From positions 1-58,206 of the IMG/VR virus record IMGVR_UViG_3300027668_000020: a stretch of 58,206 nucleotides of DNA. One strand, written 5' to 3'. Of this stretch, positions 44,267 through 54,065 are shown piece by piece. Both the position numbers and the translations under genes were made by a program. This DNA is from a virus (taxonomy: Duplodnaviria > Caudoviricetes). Positions within the stretch are counted from its first letter, which is position 1. The number at the start of each line of letters is the position of its first letter. Below the pieces are notes generated by a model. It saw nothing but the letters and a program-made list of their open reading frames with translations. It ran no database searches and was not told where the DNA came from.

Positions 44267-46729
44267 ATGGCAATTGAAAAAAGTTTATATGCAGCCCCTG
44301 AAGGACTGGACGAAGAAGCAGTCGAGGGAGAGATGGTCGAGCAGGAACTAGAGATCGAGATTGTTAACCCCGACATGGTTACGCTGTCTGACGGTAGCAT
44401 GGAGATTACTTTGATTCCTGAAGCTGGTAGCCTAGAGTCTGTAGCTTTTGACGCTAACCTAGCGGAAGAACTAGACGAAGACTACCTAGCGGAACTTGCC
44501 GGAGAGCTTATAGACTTAATAGACTCAGACGTGGATAGCCGTAAAGACTGGGCTGATACATATGTTAAGGGTCTAGACATTATTGGGTTCAAGCAAGAAG
44601 AGCGTACAACTCCTTGGGAAGGCGCATGTGGTGTGAACTCTACTGTCTTAGCCGAAGCAGCCATTCGTTTCCAAGCAGAGACTATGAGCGAGACTTTCCC
44701 TGCGGCTGGCCCCGTACGTGTGAAGGTGTTAGGAGAAGAGACAAAAGAAAAAGATGAAGCAGCCCAACGTGTAAAAGCGGACATGAACTATGAGCTTACA
44801 GAGAACATGGTTGAGTATCGTCCAGAGCACGAGCGGATGCTATATAGCCTAGGACTGGCAGGATCGGCGTTTAAGAAGGTTTACTTCGACCCCAGCCTAG
44901 GTAGACAGACCGCTATCTATATTCCCGCAGAAGACGTTATCGTGCCATACGGCGCGTCTAACATTGAGTCTGCCGAACGCGTTACCCATATAATGCGTAA
45001 AACTAAGAATGATATACGTAAGTTACAGGTAAATGGATTCTACCGTGACATAGATTTAGGTGAACCCCAAGCATACCATACAGATATAGAAGAGAAGAAA
45101 GCCGAAGACGGTGGGTTTTCGCTTACAGATGACAACCGCTATGCGATGTATGAAGTACACGCAGACCTAGTTATCGAAGGTGATGATGTAGAAGGCGAAG
45201 AGATTGCCAAGCCTTATGTCGTTACAATGGAGCGTGGTAGCAGTGAGATTCTAGCTATTCGCCGTAACTGGGACGAGGAAGACAACCTAACACTCAAGCG
45301 TCAACATTTCGTACACTACGTATATGTGCCCGGATTTGGCTTCTACGGCCTTGGACTGATCCACATCATAGGTGGGTACGCTAGAGCTGGAACCTCGCTT
45401 ATACGGCAATTGGTGGACGCTGGTACGCTATCTAATCTTCCGGGGGGCTTAAAGACCCGTGGATTACGTATTAAAGGTGATGACTCCCCCATCGAGCCGG
45501 GCGAGTTTAAAGACGTAGATGTACCCTCCGGCAGTATTCGTGAAAACATCATGCCCCTTCCTTATAAGGAGCCAAGTCAAACTCTACTAGCTTTGCTAGA
45601 CCAGATCACTAATGAAGGTCGTCGTCTAGGCGCTATTAGTGACATGAACATTTCTGACATGTCGGCCAATGCCCCAGTAGGTACTACACTAGCTTTGCTA
45701 GAACGTACGTTGAAGCCTATGGCAGCGGTACAAGCCCGTGTCCACTACGCCATGAAGCAAGAGTTTAAGATGCTCAAGGCTATTATGGCAGAGTACGCCC
45801 CCTCTGAGTACGGCTATGTGCCCGTTAGAGGGGAAGTATCCGCACGTAGGGAAGACTATAGGTTAGTAGACGTTATCCCTGTTAGTGACCCTAATAGCTC
45901 CACAATGGCGCAGCGGGTAGTACAGTATCAAGCTGTCTTACAGATGGCACAGCAAGCCCCGCAGATTTATGACCTGCCGCAACTACACCGTCAGATGATT
46001 GATGTCTTAGGCATTAAGAACGCTGATAAGTTAGTTCCAACAAAAGACGATGTAAAACCAACCGATCCTGTAAGCGAGAATATGAACGCGCTAACAGGTA
46101 CCCCTATAAAAGCCTTTATCTATCAAGATCACGAGGCTCATATAGCGGCGCACCAATCATTCATGCAAGACCCAATGATTGCCCAAACCATCGGTCAGAA
46201 CCCCCAAGCACAGCAAATCATGGCGTCGTTACAGGCGCACATAGCAGAACACCTAGGGTTCAGATACCGCACGCAGATGGAAGAGAAGCTGGGAGTACCG
46301 TTACCTGCACCTAATCAAGAGATGTCTGAGGACATGGAAGTGCAGTTGGCTAGAGTTGTAGCTACTGCGGGTAAACAGCTAACTCAACAGCATCAGCAAG
46401 AAGCTGCACAGAAACAAGCGCAAGAACAACAGCAAGACCCAGCGTTCCAGTTACAGCAAGCGGAGCTACAGGTTAAGCAGCAAGAAGTACAACGTAAAGC
46501 CCAGAAAGATCAGGGTGATATGCAGATAAAGCAAGCCGAACTACAACTTAAAGCCCAGAAAACTATGGCTGATACTCGTATAGACGAGGCGCAGCTTGAT
46601 ATAGACAGGCAGGAGTTGGAGCTTGACGCCCAGAAATCGGGTGCAAAACTAGCTGCCGACAGACGAACAGCTAACACTAAACTTGACCTCGACTTACTAA
46701 AAGAGGCCAAAAATAAACCAAAGGAATAA
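44267..46729 (+). CDS. portal protein with Gln-rich C-terminal coiled coil
   Basis: 820 aa after TerL; GSAFKKVY and FYGLG motifs; P22-like barrel tail. Confidence 0.88.
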   Translation: MAIEKSLYAAPEGLDEEAVEGEMVEQELEIEIVNPDMVTLSDGSMEITLIPEAGSLESVAFDANLAEELDEDYLAELAGELIDLIDSDVDSRKDWADTYVKGLDIIGFKQEERTTPWEGACGVNSTVLAEAAIRFQAETMSETFPAAGPVRVKVLGEETKEKDEAAQRVKADMNYELTENMVEYRPEHERMLYSLGLAGSAFKKVYFDPSLGRQTAIYIPAEDVIVPYGASNIESAERVTHIMRKTKNDIRKLQVNGFYRDIDLGEPQAYHTDIEEKKAEDGGFSLTDDNRYAMYEVHADLVIEGDDVEGEEIAKPYVVTMERGSSEILAIRRNWDEEDNLTLKRQHFVHYVYVPGFGFYGLGLIHIIGGYARAGTSLIRQLVDAGTLSNLPGGLKTRGLRIKGDDSPIEPGEFKDVDVPSGSIRENIMPLPYKEPSQTLLALLDQITNEGRRLGAISDMNISDMSANAPVGTTLALLERTLKPMAAVQARVHYAMKQEFKMLKAIMAEYAPSEYGYVPVRGEVSARREDYRLVDVIPVSDPNSSTMAQRVVQYQAVLQMAQQAPQIYDLPQLHRQMIDVLGIKNADKLVPTKDDVKPTDPVSENMNALTGTPIKAFIYQDHEAHIAAHQSFMQDPMIAQTIGQNPQAQQIMASLQAHIAEHLGFRYRTQMEEKLGVPLPAPNQEMSEDMEVQLARVVATAGKQLTQQHQQEAAQKQAQEQQQDPAFQLQQAELQVKQQEVQRKAQKDQGDMQIKQAELQLKAQKTMADTRIDEAQLDIDRQELELDAQKSGAKLAADRRTANTKLDLDLLKEAKNKPKE

Positions 46730-46732
46730 GAT

Positions 46733-46930
46733 ATGGCTAATACCGTCTTTGACGTGCTAAAAAAGAAAATCGGGGATGACATGTCCTCCGCACAAGAATT
46801 TCTAGGTAATGGAGGAGCTAAAGACTTCGCCCAATACAAAGAAATAACAGGAATGCTACGAGGTCTCACTTCCTGTTTGAATCATGTAAACGACCTCTCG
46901 CGTAATTACTTGGAAGATGACAATGACTGA
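46733..46930 (+). CDS. small conserved head-region protein
   Basis: 65 aa; G.AKDFA.YK...G..RGL. Confidence 0.65.
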   Translation: MANTVFDVLKKKIGDDMSSAQEFLGNGGAKDFAQYKEITGMLRGLTSCLNHVNDLSRNYLEDDND

Positions 46931-47309
46931 TTTAAGTGCTGATCCAAAGCAAGAAACGACAGAAGAAGATTTTGAAAACCAATTACCTACTCCCGTGGGT
47001 TATAGGCTATTAATAGCCATGCCGGAAGTAGATGATACATACGGTGAAAGCGGCATCATTAAGTCTAGTAAAGAAATGCACAACGAATACATCATGTCTA
47101 CCATCGGGCTTGTGCTCGACATGGGAGAGCAAGCGTATTCGGATAAAGAGCGGTTCCCGACTGGCCCTTGGTGTAAGCAGGGTGACTACGTAATGTTCCG
47201 TATGAATACAGGTACACGGTTTAAAGTAGGTGGTGTTGAATATCGTTTAATGAACGATGATTCGATTGAAGCAGTTGTAGCCGATCCTCGTGGCGTAACA
47301 CGAGTGTAA
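46923..47309 (+). CDS. groES: co-chaperonin GroES-like protein
   Basis: PVGYRLLI, ESGII, G.V..MG, K.GDYV, YRLMNDDSI.AVV. Confidence 0.88.
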   Translation: MTDLSADPKQETTEEDFENQLPTPVGYRLLIAMPEVDDTYGESGIIKSSKEMHNEYIMSTIGLVLDMGEQAYSDKERFPTGPWCKQGDYVMFRMNTGTRFKVGGVEYRLMNDDSIEAVVADPRGVTRV

Positions 47310-47319
47310 GGAGTAGATT

Positions 47320-48327
47320 ATGCCGTTCCAAAAAGTTGAATTTGAATTTCCCGAAGACGAAGATAACAACAAAAATGATATTGAGATCGAGTCTAGTGAG
47401 GCTATTGAGATAGACCTTTCAGGTAAACCGCCCAAAGAAGAAAAGCCTGCTAAAGAGGCAAAGGAAGAAGATTATGAAATCGAAGTTGTTGACGATGTAC
47501 CGAAGTCTGATCGTAACCGTAAGCCTTCAACTCCTCCAAATGAGGTTACAGATGAGGAGTTGGAAGATTACTCTGAGAAAGTACGTAACCGGATTAAGCA
47601 CTTCAGCAAAGGCTACCACGACGAACGTCGCGCCAAAGAACAAGCCCACCGCGAAAGACAGGAGCTCGAAAGTTTCGCAAAAACGCTCGTCGAAGAAAAT
47701 AACCAGCTAAAGGGTACAGTAGATAAAAATCAAGCAGCATTACTAGAACAAGCTAAAAGAACTGCTGCGGGAGAGGCATTACTTGCTAAACGCCAATATA
47801 AACAGGCTTATGAGGCAGGAGACGCTGATAAAGTACTTGAAGCACAAGAAAAGCTCAATGCTGCTAACATAAAAACAGATAAGCTAAAGAATTTTGAACC
47901 TCCTGCTTTACAAACAGAGGACAATGAGGTACAACTACCTCAAGAACGTGCAGCTCAAGCCCCCCAAGTGGATGAACGAGCGTCTGATTGGGCCAAGGAA
48001 AATACTTGGTTTGGTTCAGACCAAGAAATGACTGGGTACGCTATGGGACTACACGAGAAACTTGTTACTGATGGGGTAGACCCGTCAAGTGATGAATACT
48101 ACGAGACTATAAACTCTCGTATGCAGAAGCTGTTCCCTGACAATTTTGAAGGGGAAGCAGAGGAAACCGAACATAAGCGACAGTCAAATGTGGTTGCCCC
48201 CGCAACGCGGAGCACAGCACCCAAAAAGGTGCGTTTAACGCAGACACAGGTAGCTATAGCTAAAAAACTCGGTGTTCCATTAGAACTATACGCCAAAAAG
48301 GTTGCTGAAGAGATGAGGAGAGTATGA
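47320..48327 (+). CDS. capsid scaffolding protein (putative)
   Basis: Acidic N-terminus, coiled coil, W...N.WFG, terminal IAKKLGV..E.YAK; lies between portal and capsid. Confidence 0.7.
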   Translation: MPFQKVEFEFPEDEDNNKNDIEIESSEAIEIDLSGKPPKEEKPAKEAKEEDYEIEVVDDVPKSDRNRKPSTPPNEVTDEELEDYSEKVRNRIKHFSKGYHDERRAKEQAHRERQELESFAKTLVEENNQLKGTVDKNQAALLEQAKRTAAGEALLAKRQYKQAYEAGDADKVLEAQEKLNAANIKTDKLKNFEPPALQTEDNEVQLPQERAAQAPQVDERASDWAKENTWFGSDQEMTGYAMGLHEKLVTDGVDPSSDEYYETINSRMQKLFPDNFEGEAEETEHKRQSNVVAPATRSTAPKKVRLTQTQVAIAKKLGVPLELYAKKVAEEMRRV

Positions 48328-48776
48328 TGGCTGAGAACAGAATTAACCGCGAGAACGTCACCCGTGAAAAAACGGCCCGCAAAAAGGCTTGGATAAAGCC
48401 GGAGGTTCTACCTTCGCCTACTCCAGAGCCGGGTTATGCATTTCGCTGGATTCGTGTAAGTACGCAAGGTAATGTGGATGCCACTAATGTCTCATCTAAA
48501 TTGCGTGAAGGCTGGGAACCAGTAAAAGCATCGGATCACCCCGAAATAACTATGGTCACCGTCGAGAACGAGAAGTTCAAAGACAATGTAGTTATAGGAG
48601 GACTAATGCTATGCAAGGCTCCAGAAGAACTCACTCAAGAGCGCAATGCTTATTACTCTGAACAGAGTAAGGCGCAAATGCAGTCAGTTGATAACAGCCT
48701 AATGCGGGAAAATGATCCACGTATGCCGCTATTTAATGAGCGGAAATCGAAAGTTACCTTTGGTAAGGGAACTTAA
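48327..48776 (+). CDS. conserved head-region protein
   Basis: FRWIR, LREGWEPV and GGLMLCK motifs. Confidence 0.7.
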   Translation: MAENRINRENVTREKTARKKAWIKPEVLPSPTPEPGYAFRWIRVSTQGNVDATNVSSKLREGWEPVKASDHPEITMVTVENEKFKDNVVIGGLMLCKAPEELTQERNAYYSEQSKAQMQSVDNSLMRENDPRMPLFNERKSKVTFGKGT

Positions 48777-48802
48777 ACTAAATTTTTTATAGGTAAAATA
48801 AA

Positions 48803-49417
48803 ATGGCAACTACAGCCGCTCCTTACGGGTTTGTTCCCGTACGTAAAGCTGACGGTACCCCTTATACGGGTGCTCGTGACGCTTTTCTTATTACTCCTGC
48901 TGGCGTAGCTCAAAATATTGGCTACGGTTCTCTTGTAGAGATCAATGCAGGTTATGTTCAACTAGCTTCTGGCACTGGCGCAGACGCAACTAATAACAAC
49001 CTTGGTGGTAACGCTATCGGCGCACTAGGCGTGTTTGTTGGTTGTGAATACATCAATGCTGAAGGTCAATTGATATTTGCTCAGTTTTACCCTTCAGGCA
49101 CTGCTAACGCTACTGCCTATGTTATAGTCGATCCGGGCGTAACTTTCCAAGTACAAGCTGACGCTGCTATTGCTCAGACTGCTCTTGGTCACAATGCTCC
49201 TTTGACTGGCGCACAGAATGCTTTAACTTCTGTAAACACTACTACTGGTAAGTCTAACATTGCACTCGACGCTACTACTGCGACTGCATCTAGAGCTTTC
49301 AAAGTAATCGGTTTTGTAACTAAAACTGGTTCTACCATTGGCGACGCTAGGACTGATGTCTTGGTTAAATTTAACCTACCGTACCACCAGTTTGGTACCG
49401 GCATCGTAGGAGAATAA
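48803..49417 (+). CDS. capsid decoration / minor head protein
   Basis: APYGF.P and GVFVGCEY motifs, beta-rich, directly upstream of the MCP. Confidence 0.65.
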   Translation: MATTAAPYGFVPVRKADGTPYTGARDAFLITPAGVAQNIGYGSLVEINAGYVQLASGTGADATNNNLGGNAIGALGVFVGCEYINAEGQLIFAQFYPSGTANATAYVIVDPGVTFQVQADAAIAQTALGHNAPLTGAQNALTSVNTTTGKSNIALDATTATASRAFKVIGFVTKTGSTIGDARTDVLVKFNLPYHQFGTGIVGE

Positions 49418-49421
49418 CTAG

Positions 49422-50330
49422 ATGGCTATTTCAAGAAGTCAATTACTAAAAGAGCTACTCCCCGGACTAAACGCATTGTTTGGCCTAGAGTACGCGAAAT
49501 ACGGCGAAGAGCATAAAGAGATTTTCGAGACTGAAACCTCTGATCGTTCTTTTGAAGAAGAAACTAAGCTATCTGGTTTTGGTTCAGCTCCAACAAAATC
49601 AGAAGGTTCTGCAATTGAGTATGATAATGCTCAAGAAGCATGGACTGCACGCTACACTCACGAAACTGTTGCAATGGGTTTCTCAATCACTGAAGAAGCG
49701 ATTGAAGATAACTTGTATGACTCTTTGTCATCTCGTTACACCAAAGCACTAGCTCGTGGAATGGCGTACACTAAGCAAGTTAAAGGCGCTGATATTCTTA
49801 ACAACGCTTTTGCTGCTGCTAATACTTACGGCGACGGACAAGTACTTTGTTCTACTGCTCACCCACTGGTTAACGGCGGTGTTAACTCTAACCGTCCTGC
49901 GGTTGCAGCCGACCTTAACGAAACTTCTTTGGAAGCAGCTATCATTCAGATTTCTGGCTACACCGATGAGCGTGGTCTTTTGATCGCGGCCAAGCCTAAG
50001 AAGCTAGTTATCCCACCTTCCTTACAGTTTGTTGCAACTCGTTTGCTTGAGACTGAAGGCCGCGTAGGAACTGCGGACAACGACATTAACGCTATTATGA
50101 GCAATGGTGCCGTTCCACAGGGTTATGCAATTAACCATTACCTGACTGATACTGATGCATGGTTTATGATGACTGACGTACCTAATGGTTTGAAGCACTT
50201 CGTTCGTAGCCCAATGGCTACTTCTATGGACGCGGACTTCGACACTGGTAACAGCCGTTATAAGGCTCGTGAGCGTTACTCGTTCGGTGTATCTGATCCA
50301 CTAGGTATCTACGGTTCGCCCGGCGCTTAA
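49422..50330 (+). CDS. major capsid protein
   Basis: MAISRSQLLKELLPGLNALFGLEY...RYKARERYSFG, HK97-type; strong terminator downstream. Confidence 0.92.
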   Translation: MAISRSQLLKELLPGLNALFGLEYAKYGEEHKEIFETETSDRSFEEETKLSGFGSAPTKSEGSAIEYDNAQEAWTARYTHETVAMGFSITEEAIEDNLYDSLSSRYTKALARGMAYTKQVKGADILNNAFAAANTYGDGQVLCSTAHPLVNGGVNSNRPAVAADLNETSLEAAIIQISGYTDERGLLIAAKPKKLVIPPSLQFVATRLLETEGRVGTADNDINAIMSNGAVPQGYAINHYLTDTDAWFMMTDVPNGLKHFVRSPMATSMDADFDTGNSRYKARERYSFGVSDPLGIYGSPGA

Positions 50331-50352
50331 TCGCGTAGTAACACGCTGTACT

Positions 50353-50376
50353 AAGGGGGCTTCGGCCCCCTTTTTT
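50353..50376 (+). terminator. intrinsic terminator after the MCP
   Basis: AAGGGGGC-TTCG-GCCCCCTT followed by a T-run. Confidence 0.9.
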
Positions 50377-50380
50377 ATTG

Positions 50381-50410
50381 TTGACTTAAAGCCACACACT
50401 GTGATATGTT
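50381..50410 (+). promoter_or_regulatory. possible sigma70 promoter
   Basis: TTGACT-N18-TATGTT with a TG extension. Confidence 0.45.
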
Positions 50411-50416
50411 TGCCTG

Positions 50417-50495
50417 TATCGGGAAACAATCCGGTGAATCTGACAGACCCGACTGACGACATGTAGACAGATTCTCCTTAACTCACATGTGAGAA
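50417..50495 (+). ncRNA. candidate pseudoknotted leader RNA
   Basis: Interleaved helices TCGGG/CCCGA, GAATCTG/CAGATTC and ACATGT/ACATGT with GAC-rich junctions. Confidence 0.45.
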
Positions 50496-50502
50496 TTCTA
50501 TA

Positions 50503-50973
50503 ATGGCTAATACCACTTTTTCCGGCCCTATCCGCGCTGGTAACATCCGAAACACTATAGGCACAACTGTAGGCACTGACGTTGCTAACGTAGGCTATGT
50601 AGTTACGTGCCAAGACGCATTGCAAACCCTTGCGGGTGGCGCAGTTGCCGCCGTTGCAACAAACATAGTAATCCCCGCAAATTCCAAAATTGTTAACATT
50701 ATTGTTGACATGGTTAGTGCCGCAAACACAACAACAAACATTAGTGTTGGTCAGGTTGGTGGTGGAGCTAGTACGTTTATAAACGCATTGGCATCAGGCA
50801 CTACTGTTGGTATTAAGCCACTTGGTGTTTCTGGTGGTGGAACCTTAGCGTGGGGCAACACGGGCACTTCAGACTTACGTCTTAATATAACGGGTTCAGC
50901 GGCTACTAACGCAGGGTCTGTCCGTATAACCGTAATGTATGCACAGGCGTTTAACACTACAATTCAACCGTAA
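50503..50973 (+). CDS. virion structural protein (capsid fibre/decoration-like)
   Basis: MANTTFSGPIR start, IPANSKI, beta-rich with small residues. Confidence 0.65.
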   Translation: MANTTFSGPIRAGNIRNTIGTTVGTDVANVGYVVTCQDALQTLAGGAVAAVATNIVIPANSKIVNIIVDMVSAANTTTNISVGQVGGGASTFINALASGTTVGIKPLGVSGGGTLAWGNTGTSDLRLNITGSAATNAGSVRITVMYAQAFNTTIQP

Positions 50974-50983
50974 GGAGTAGATT

Positions 50984-51583
50984 ATGTCTTTTTCTTCTGA
51001 CATTCAATCGACATTTATTTCTGCGGCAGTAGCGAGTGCAACGGCTATATCCCTTGCTGCGGGGGTAGGCAACAATGCTGCCCTCTCAATTGTTGGGGGG
51101 AGTCCTTTTACACTTGACGCTGCTAGAAAGATTACTATCACTTGCGTTGGGGATGATGACGCTATTTCCTTTACTATTGTTGGGCTAGACCAGCTAGGAA
51201 ATGCGGCTACAGAAAGTCTCACAGGTACTGATGGTGGTGTATCTACTAGTGTTGGGTACTGGACTTCTATTACCTCTATTACAGCAGTGGGCGATCCCGC
51301 GAATAATGTAAGTGCAGGTACTTCTAACAGCGTAGTAGCCCCCATATTTGGTGGTAGATTACGATTACAGGGTTTGTATGCTGTTAATACAGGTACAGCA
51401 GGTACTATTACATTTAGGGAGACTAGTCCTACAGGAACTATTCGTATGCAATTTGCTACGGTAGGCTCTGCTACTAGTTCTGAATACCCTGACATACCTG
51501 ACGATGGAATACTGTTTAAAGATGGGGGGTATGTAGATTATTCTCCTGTAAACATGTCTTCTATAACTTTATTCTATGCGTAA
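50984..51583 (+). CDS. virion structural protein
   Basis: AGGAG RBS; beta-rich; IPDDGILF..G motif. Confidence 0.65.
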   Translation: MSFSSDIQSTFISAAVASATAISLAAGVGNNAALSIVGGSPFTLDAARKITITCVGDDDAISFTIVGLDQLGNAATESLTGTDGGVSTSVGYWTSITSITAVGDPANNVSAGTSNSVVAPIFGGRLRLQGLYAVNTGTAGTITFRETSPTGTIRMQFATVGSATSSEYPDIPDDGILFKDGGYVDYSPVNMSSITLFYA

Positions 51584-51887
51584 GTACTACAAAAAAGGTG
51601 GAGCGGTCAAAAAATCCCCCGCATGGACTCGCAAGGCAGGTAAGAGCGAGTCTGGGGGGTTAAATAAGGAAGGTGTAGCTAGTTACCGGAGGGCTAATCC
51701 CGGCAGTAAGTTAAAGACTGCTGTAACTACTAAGCCTAGCAAGCTAAAGAAAGGTTCTAAAGCTGCTAACCGCCGTAAGTCTTTTTGCGCTCGTATGCAG
51801 GGCATGAAGAAACGCAACACAAGTTCTAAGACGGCTAACGATCCAAATAGCCGTATTAATAAAAGTCTACGTAAGTGGAATTGTTAG
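51576..51887 (+). CDS. Lys/Arg-rich protein
   Basis: PAW.RK.GK...GGLN..G and RRKSFCARM.G motifs, ending in WNC. Confidence 0.75.
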   Translation: MRKYYKKGGAVKKSPAWTRKAGKSESGGLNKEGVASYRRANPGSKLKTAVTTKPSKLKKGSKAANRRKSFCARMQGMKKRNTSSKTANDPNSRINKSLRKWNC

Positions 51888-51897
51888 GGGAAAGAAC

Positions 51898-52875
51898 ATG
51901 GCATTACCAATATTAGCGGCAGTAGCACGAATGGGTGTTGGCGCGGCAATGAAGAAGTTTGGCAAGGGCGCAGTAAAGAAGGCTATGGATGTCGAGAAGA
52001 AAGTATCCGGCAAAGCTGGCTCTAAAAAAGAGTTGGAAGAACTATCTAGTAAGATGAAGCCTACTGATAAACGAGTCAAAGGTGTTAAAGCTAAAAGTAA
52101 GTCCGCTACTACTAGAAGACGTAACCAGAATGTTAAGGCTAATCAAGCCGCCACGGACTCCGCAAAAACTGCCAACATAAAAAGTGGACGTAAGCGGATT
52201 GGTGCTGCCACATCAGTTGCATCTACAGCGCCTATGTTTATGGGTTCAGATGATAAAAAGATCACTTCTCTCGCTAAGGAATCTACTGGTAACTTTAAAG
52301 CGCAAGACAACGATACTGTTCCTACAGGCGTTAATCTACGTAAAGAAGCAAAATCAGCCGCTAAGATGGACAACAGACAGGGCGTTAAATCTGCGACTAT
52401 GAAGCAAAAGAGTGAGCAAACAAAAACTGCTACTGATGTTCCTAAGCCCCCTACTAAAACTAAGTCAGATCAAAGTCCTACTAGTAAACGCTCGTGGAAA
52501 GACTTTACTGGTAAAGGAGCAGCAGTACGCGCTAAGAAAGCGGGTTTCGATGCTTACATGGGCGCAGACGGCAAAAAGAAAGCAGCCGTATTAAAAGAAG
52601 ACTTAGGCGAGAAAGAAACTTTAGGGCAATTCTTAAACGCCAAAGCTAGAGGTGGCCCTGACAAACCTAAACCCAAGATTAAGAAAATGAACATGGGCGG
52701 CATGACTAACGATCCATCTGTAGCCGCTATGATGCCTAGGAAGAAACGAAAGCCTATGACCCCAGCTCAACGAGCTATGGGTGGTGGCGCAGCTATGCCT
52801 ATGATGAATAAAGGCGGTAAGGTTCGCGGTGCTGGCATGGCTAAAAAGGGCGTACGCGCCTGTAAGATGAGATAA
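51898..52875 (+). CDS. Lys-rich, probably disordered protein
   Basis: Highly basic; ends in GGKVRGAGMAKKGVRACKMR. Confidence 0.7.
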   Translation: MALPILAAVARMGVGAAMKKFGKGAVKKAMDVEKKVSGKAGSKKELEELSSKMKPTDKRVKGVKAKSKSATTRRRNQNVKANQAATDSAKTANIKSGRKRIGAATSVASTAPMFMGSDDKKITSLAKESTGNFKAQDNDTVPTGVNLRKEAKSAAKMDNRQGVKSATMKQKSEQTKTATDVPKPPTKTKSDQSPTSKRSWKDFTGKGAAVRAKKAGFDAYMGADGKKKAAVLKEDLGEKETLGQFLNAKARGGPDKPKPKIKKMNMGGMTNDPSVAAMMPRKKRKPMTPAQRAMGGGAAMPMMNKGGKVRGAGMAKKGVRACKMR

Positions 52876-52886
52876 GGAGAATAGTA

Positions 52887-53597
52887 ATGGCTGTACCTAA
52901 AGGCACTACAAGAACTAACCAGCGCAAACCCAAGGACATGAACGAGGAAGAATTTCTCGCGTTTACTAAGGGTAAAGAAACCCGTAAAAAAGGAAAAGCC
53001 GCTCTTGGTGCAGACATGCGAAAGGGCAAGAAAGAAAAAGTTGCCTCTAAGAAAAAGAAATTTGAAGATAGCCAAGCTAAGAAAAAAGCTGCTTTTGACC
53101 AAAAAGTATCTGAAGACACATATAAAAGTAATGTCAGAAAGTATCAAGCTCAGAAAGAACGAGGAGAAAATAGCTCGCTCGATAAAAAACTTGATAAATT
53201 CGGAGATAATTTGGGTGATAAGTTACGGGGTACCTCTTTGAACAAAGCTAATAACATGACCTCTAGGGATGAAAAAGCCAAGATGCGTGCCCGTAAAGAT
53301 GTTTTAGGGTACAAAGGCGGCGGTCTAATGAAGAAGAAAAAACTAGGAATGATGAAGTACCCCCCTCTTTCCGCTAAAGTGTTTGATGCTATGACAGACG
53401 AGCAAAAAGCAGAATACAAGTTTAAGCAGATGGGTCAAACTTTAGGTGCCTCACCTTCAGAGCCCGTGCCAAAAGCCAAGAAAAAACCTGTTAAGAAGAT
53501 GATGGGGGGCGGAATGGCTAAAGCGTATAAGGAAGGCGGTAAGGTTCGTGGCGCAGGTATGGCTAAGAAAGGCGTACGTGCTTGTAAGATGCGCTAA
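52887..53597 (+). CDS. Lys-rich protein
   Basis: AGGAG RBS; same terminal 20 aa as 51898..52875. Confidence 0.7.
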   Translation: MAVPKGTTRTNQRKPKDMNEEEFLAFTKGKETRKKGKAALGADMRKGKKEKVASKKKKFEDSQAKKKAAFDQKVSEDTYKSNVRKYQAQKERGENSSLDKKLDKFGDNLGDKLRGTSLNKANNMTSRDEKAKMRARKDVLGYKGGGLMKKKKLGMMKYPPLSAKVFDAMTDEQKAEYKFKQMGQTLGASPSEPVPKAKKKPVKKMMGGGMAKAYKEGGKVRGAGMAKKGVRACKMR

Positions 53598-53761
53598 TGA
53601 GACGTTACTACAAGAAAAGCGGCTGTGGCTGTGGGTATAAGGAAGGCGGTACAGTAAAAGACGCTTGTTATACTAAGGTCAAGAAACAGTACAAAGTGTT
53701 CCCGTCAGCATATGCTTCGGGAGCTATCGCTAAATGCCGGAAGAAAAAGGCTGGTAAGTAA
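53597..53761 (+). CDS. 54-aa Lys-rich protein (not in ORF track)
   Basis: MRRYYKKSGCGCGYKEGG...FPSAYASGAIAKCRKKK; TAATG-coupled at both ends. Confidence 0.75.
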   Translation: MRRYYKKSGCGCGYKEGGTVKDACYTKVKKQYKVFPSAYASGAIAKCRKKKAGK

Positions 53762-54054
53762 TGCGTGTATACTACAAGTCTGGTGGTAAGATACGTAAAA
53801 CAGCCAAAGGAGCCTCGTTAAAGCGTTGGTTCCAAGAGGACTGGAAGGACGTTAAAACTGGCAAGGCTTGTGGTAGAAAGAAAGGCGACAAACGAGAAAC
53901 ACCTTATTGCCGTCCTTCTAAGAGAGTATCTGGAAAGACTCCTAAGACCTCTGGCGAGATGTCTAGCGCCGAGAAAGCAAAGAAAGTAGCAGAGAAGAAA
54001 AAACTAGGACAACCAGCAGGTAAGCCTAAACGCGTAACAGCTACCAAGAGATAA
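53761..54054 (+). CDS. Lys-rich protein (DUF5872-like)
   Basis: LKRWFQEDW...PYCRPSKRVS..TPKT. Confidence 0.7.
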   Translation: MRVYYKSGGKIRKTAKGASLKRWFQEDWKDVKTGKACGRKKGDKRETPYCRPSKRVSGKTPKTSGEMSSAEKAKKVAEKKKLGQPAGKPKRVTATKR

Positions 54055-54065
54055 GGACACAAAGT

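Noticed and set aside
50414-50495. Hammerhead ribozyme (GUA, stem, CUGACGA, stem)
   Set aside because: The essential GAAA and stem III after stem II are missing (the sequence reads UGAGAA). Kept only as an unknown structured RNA.
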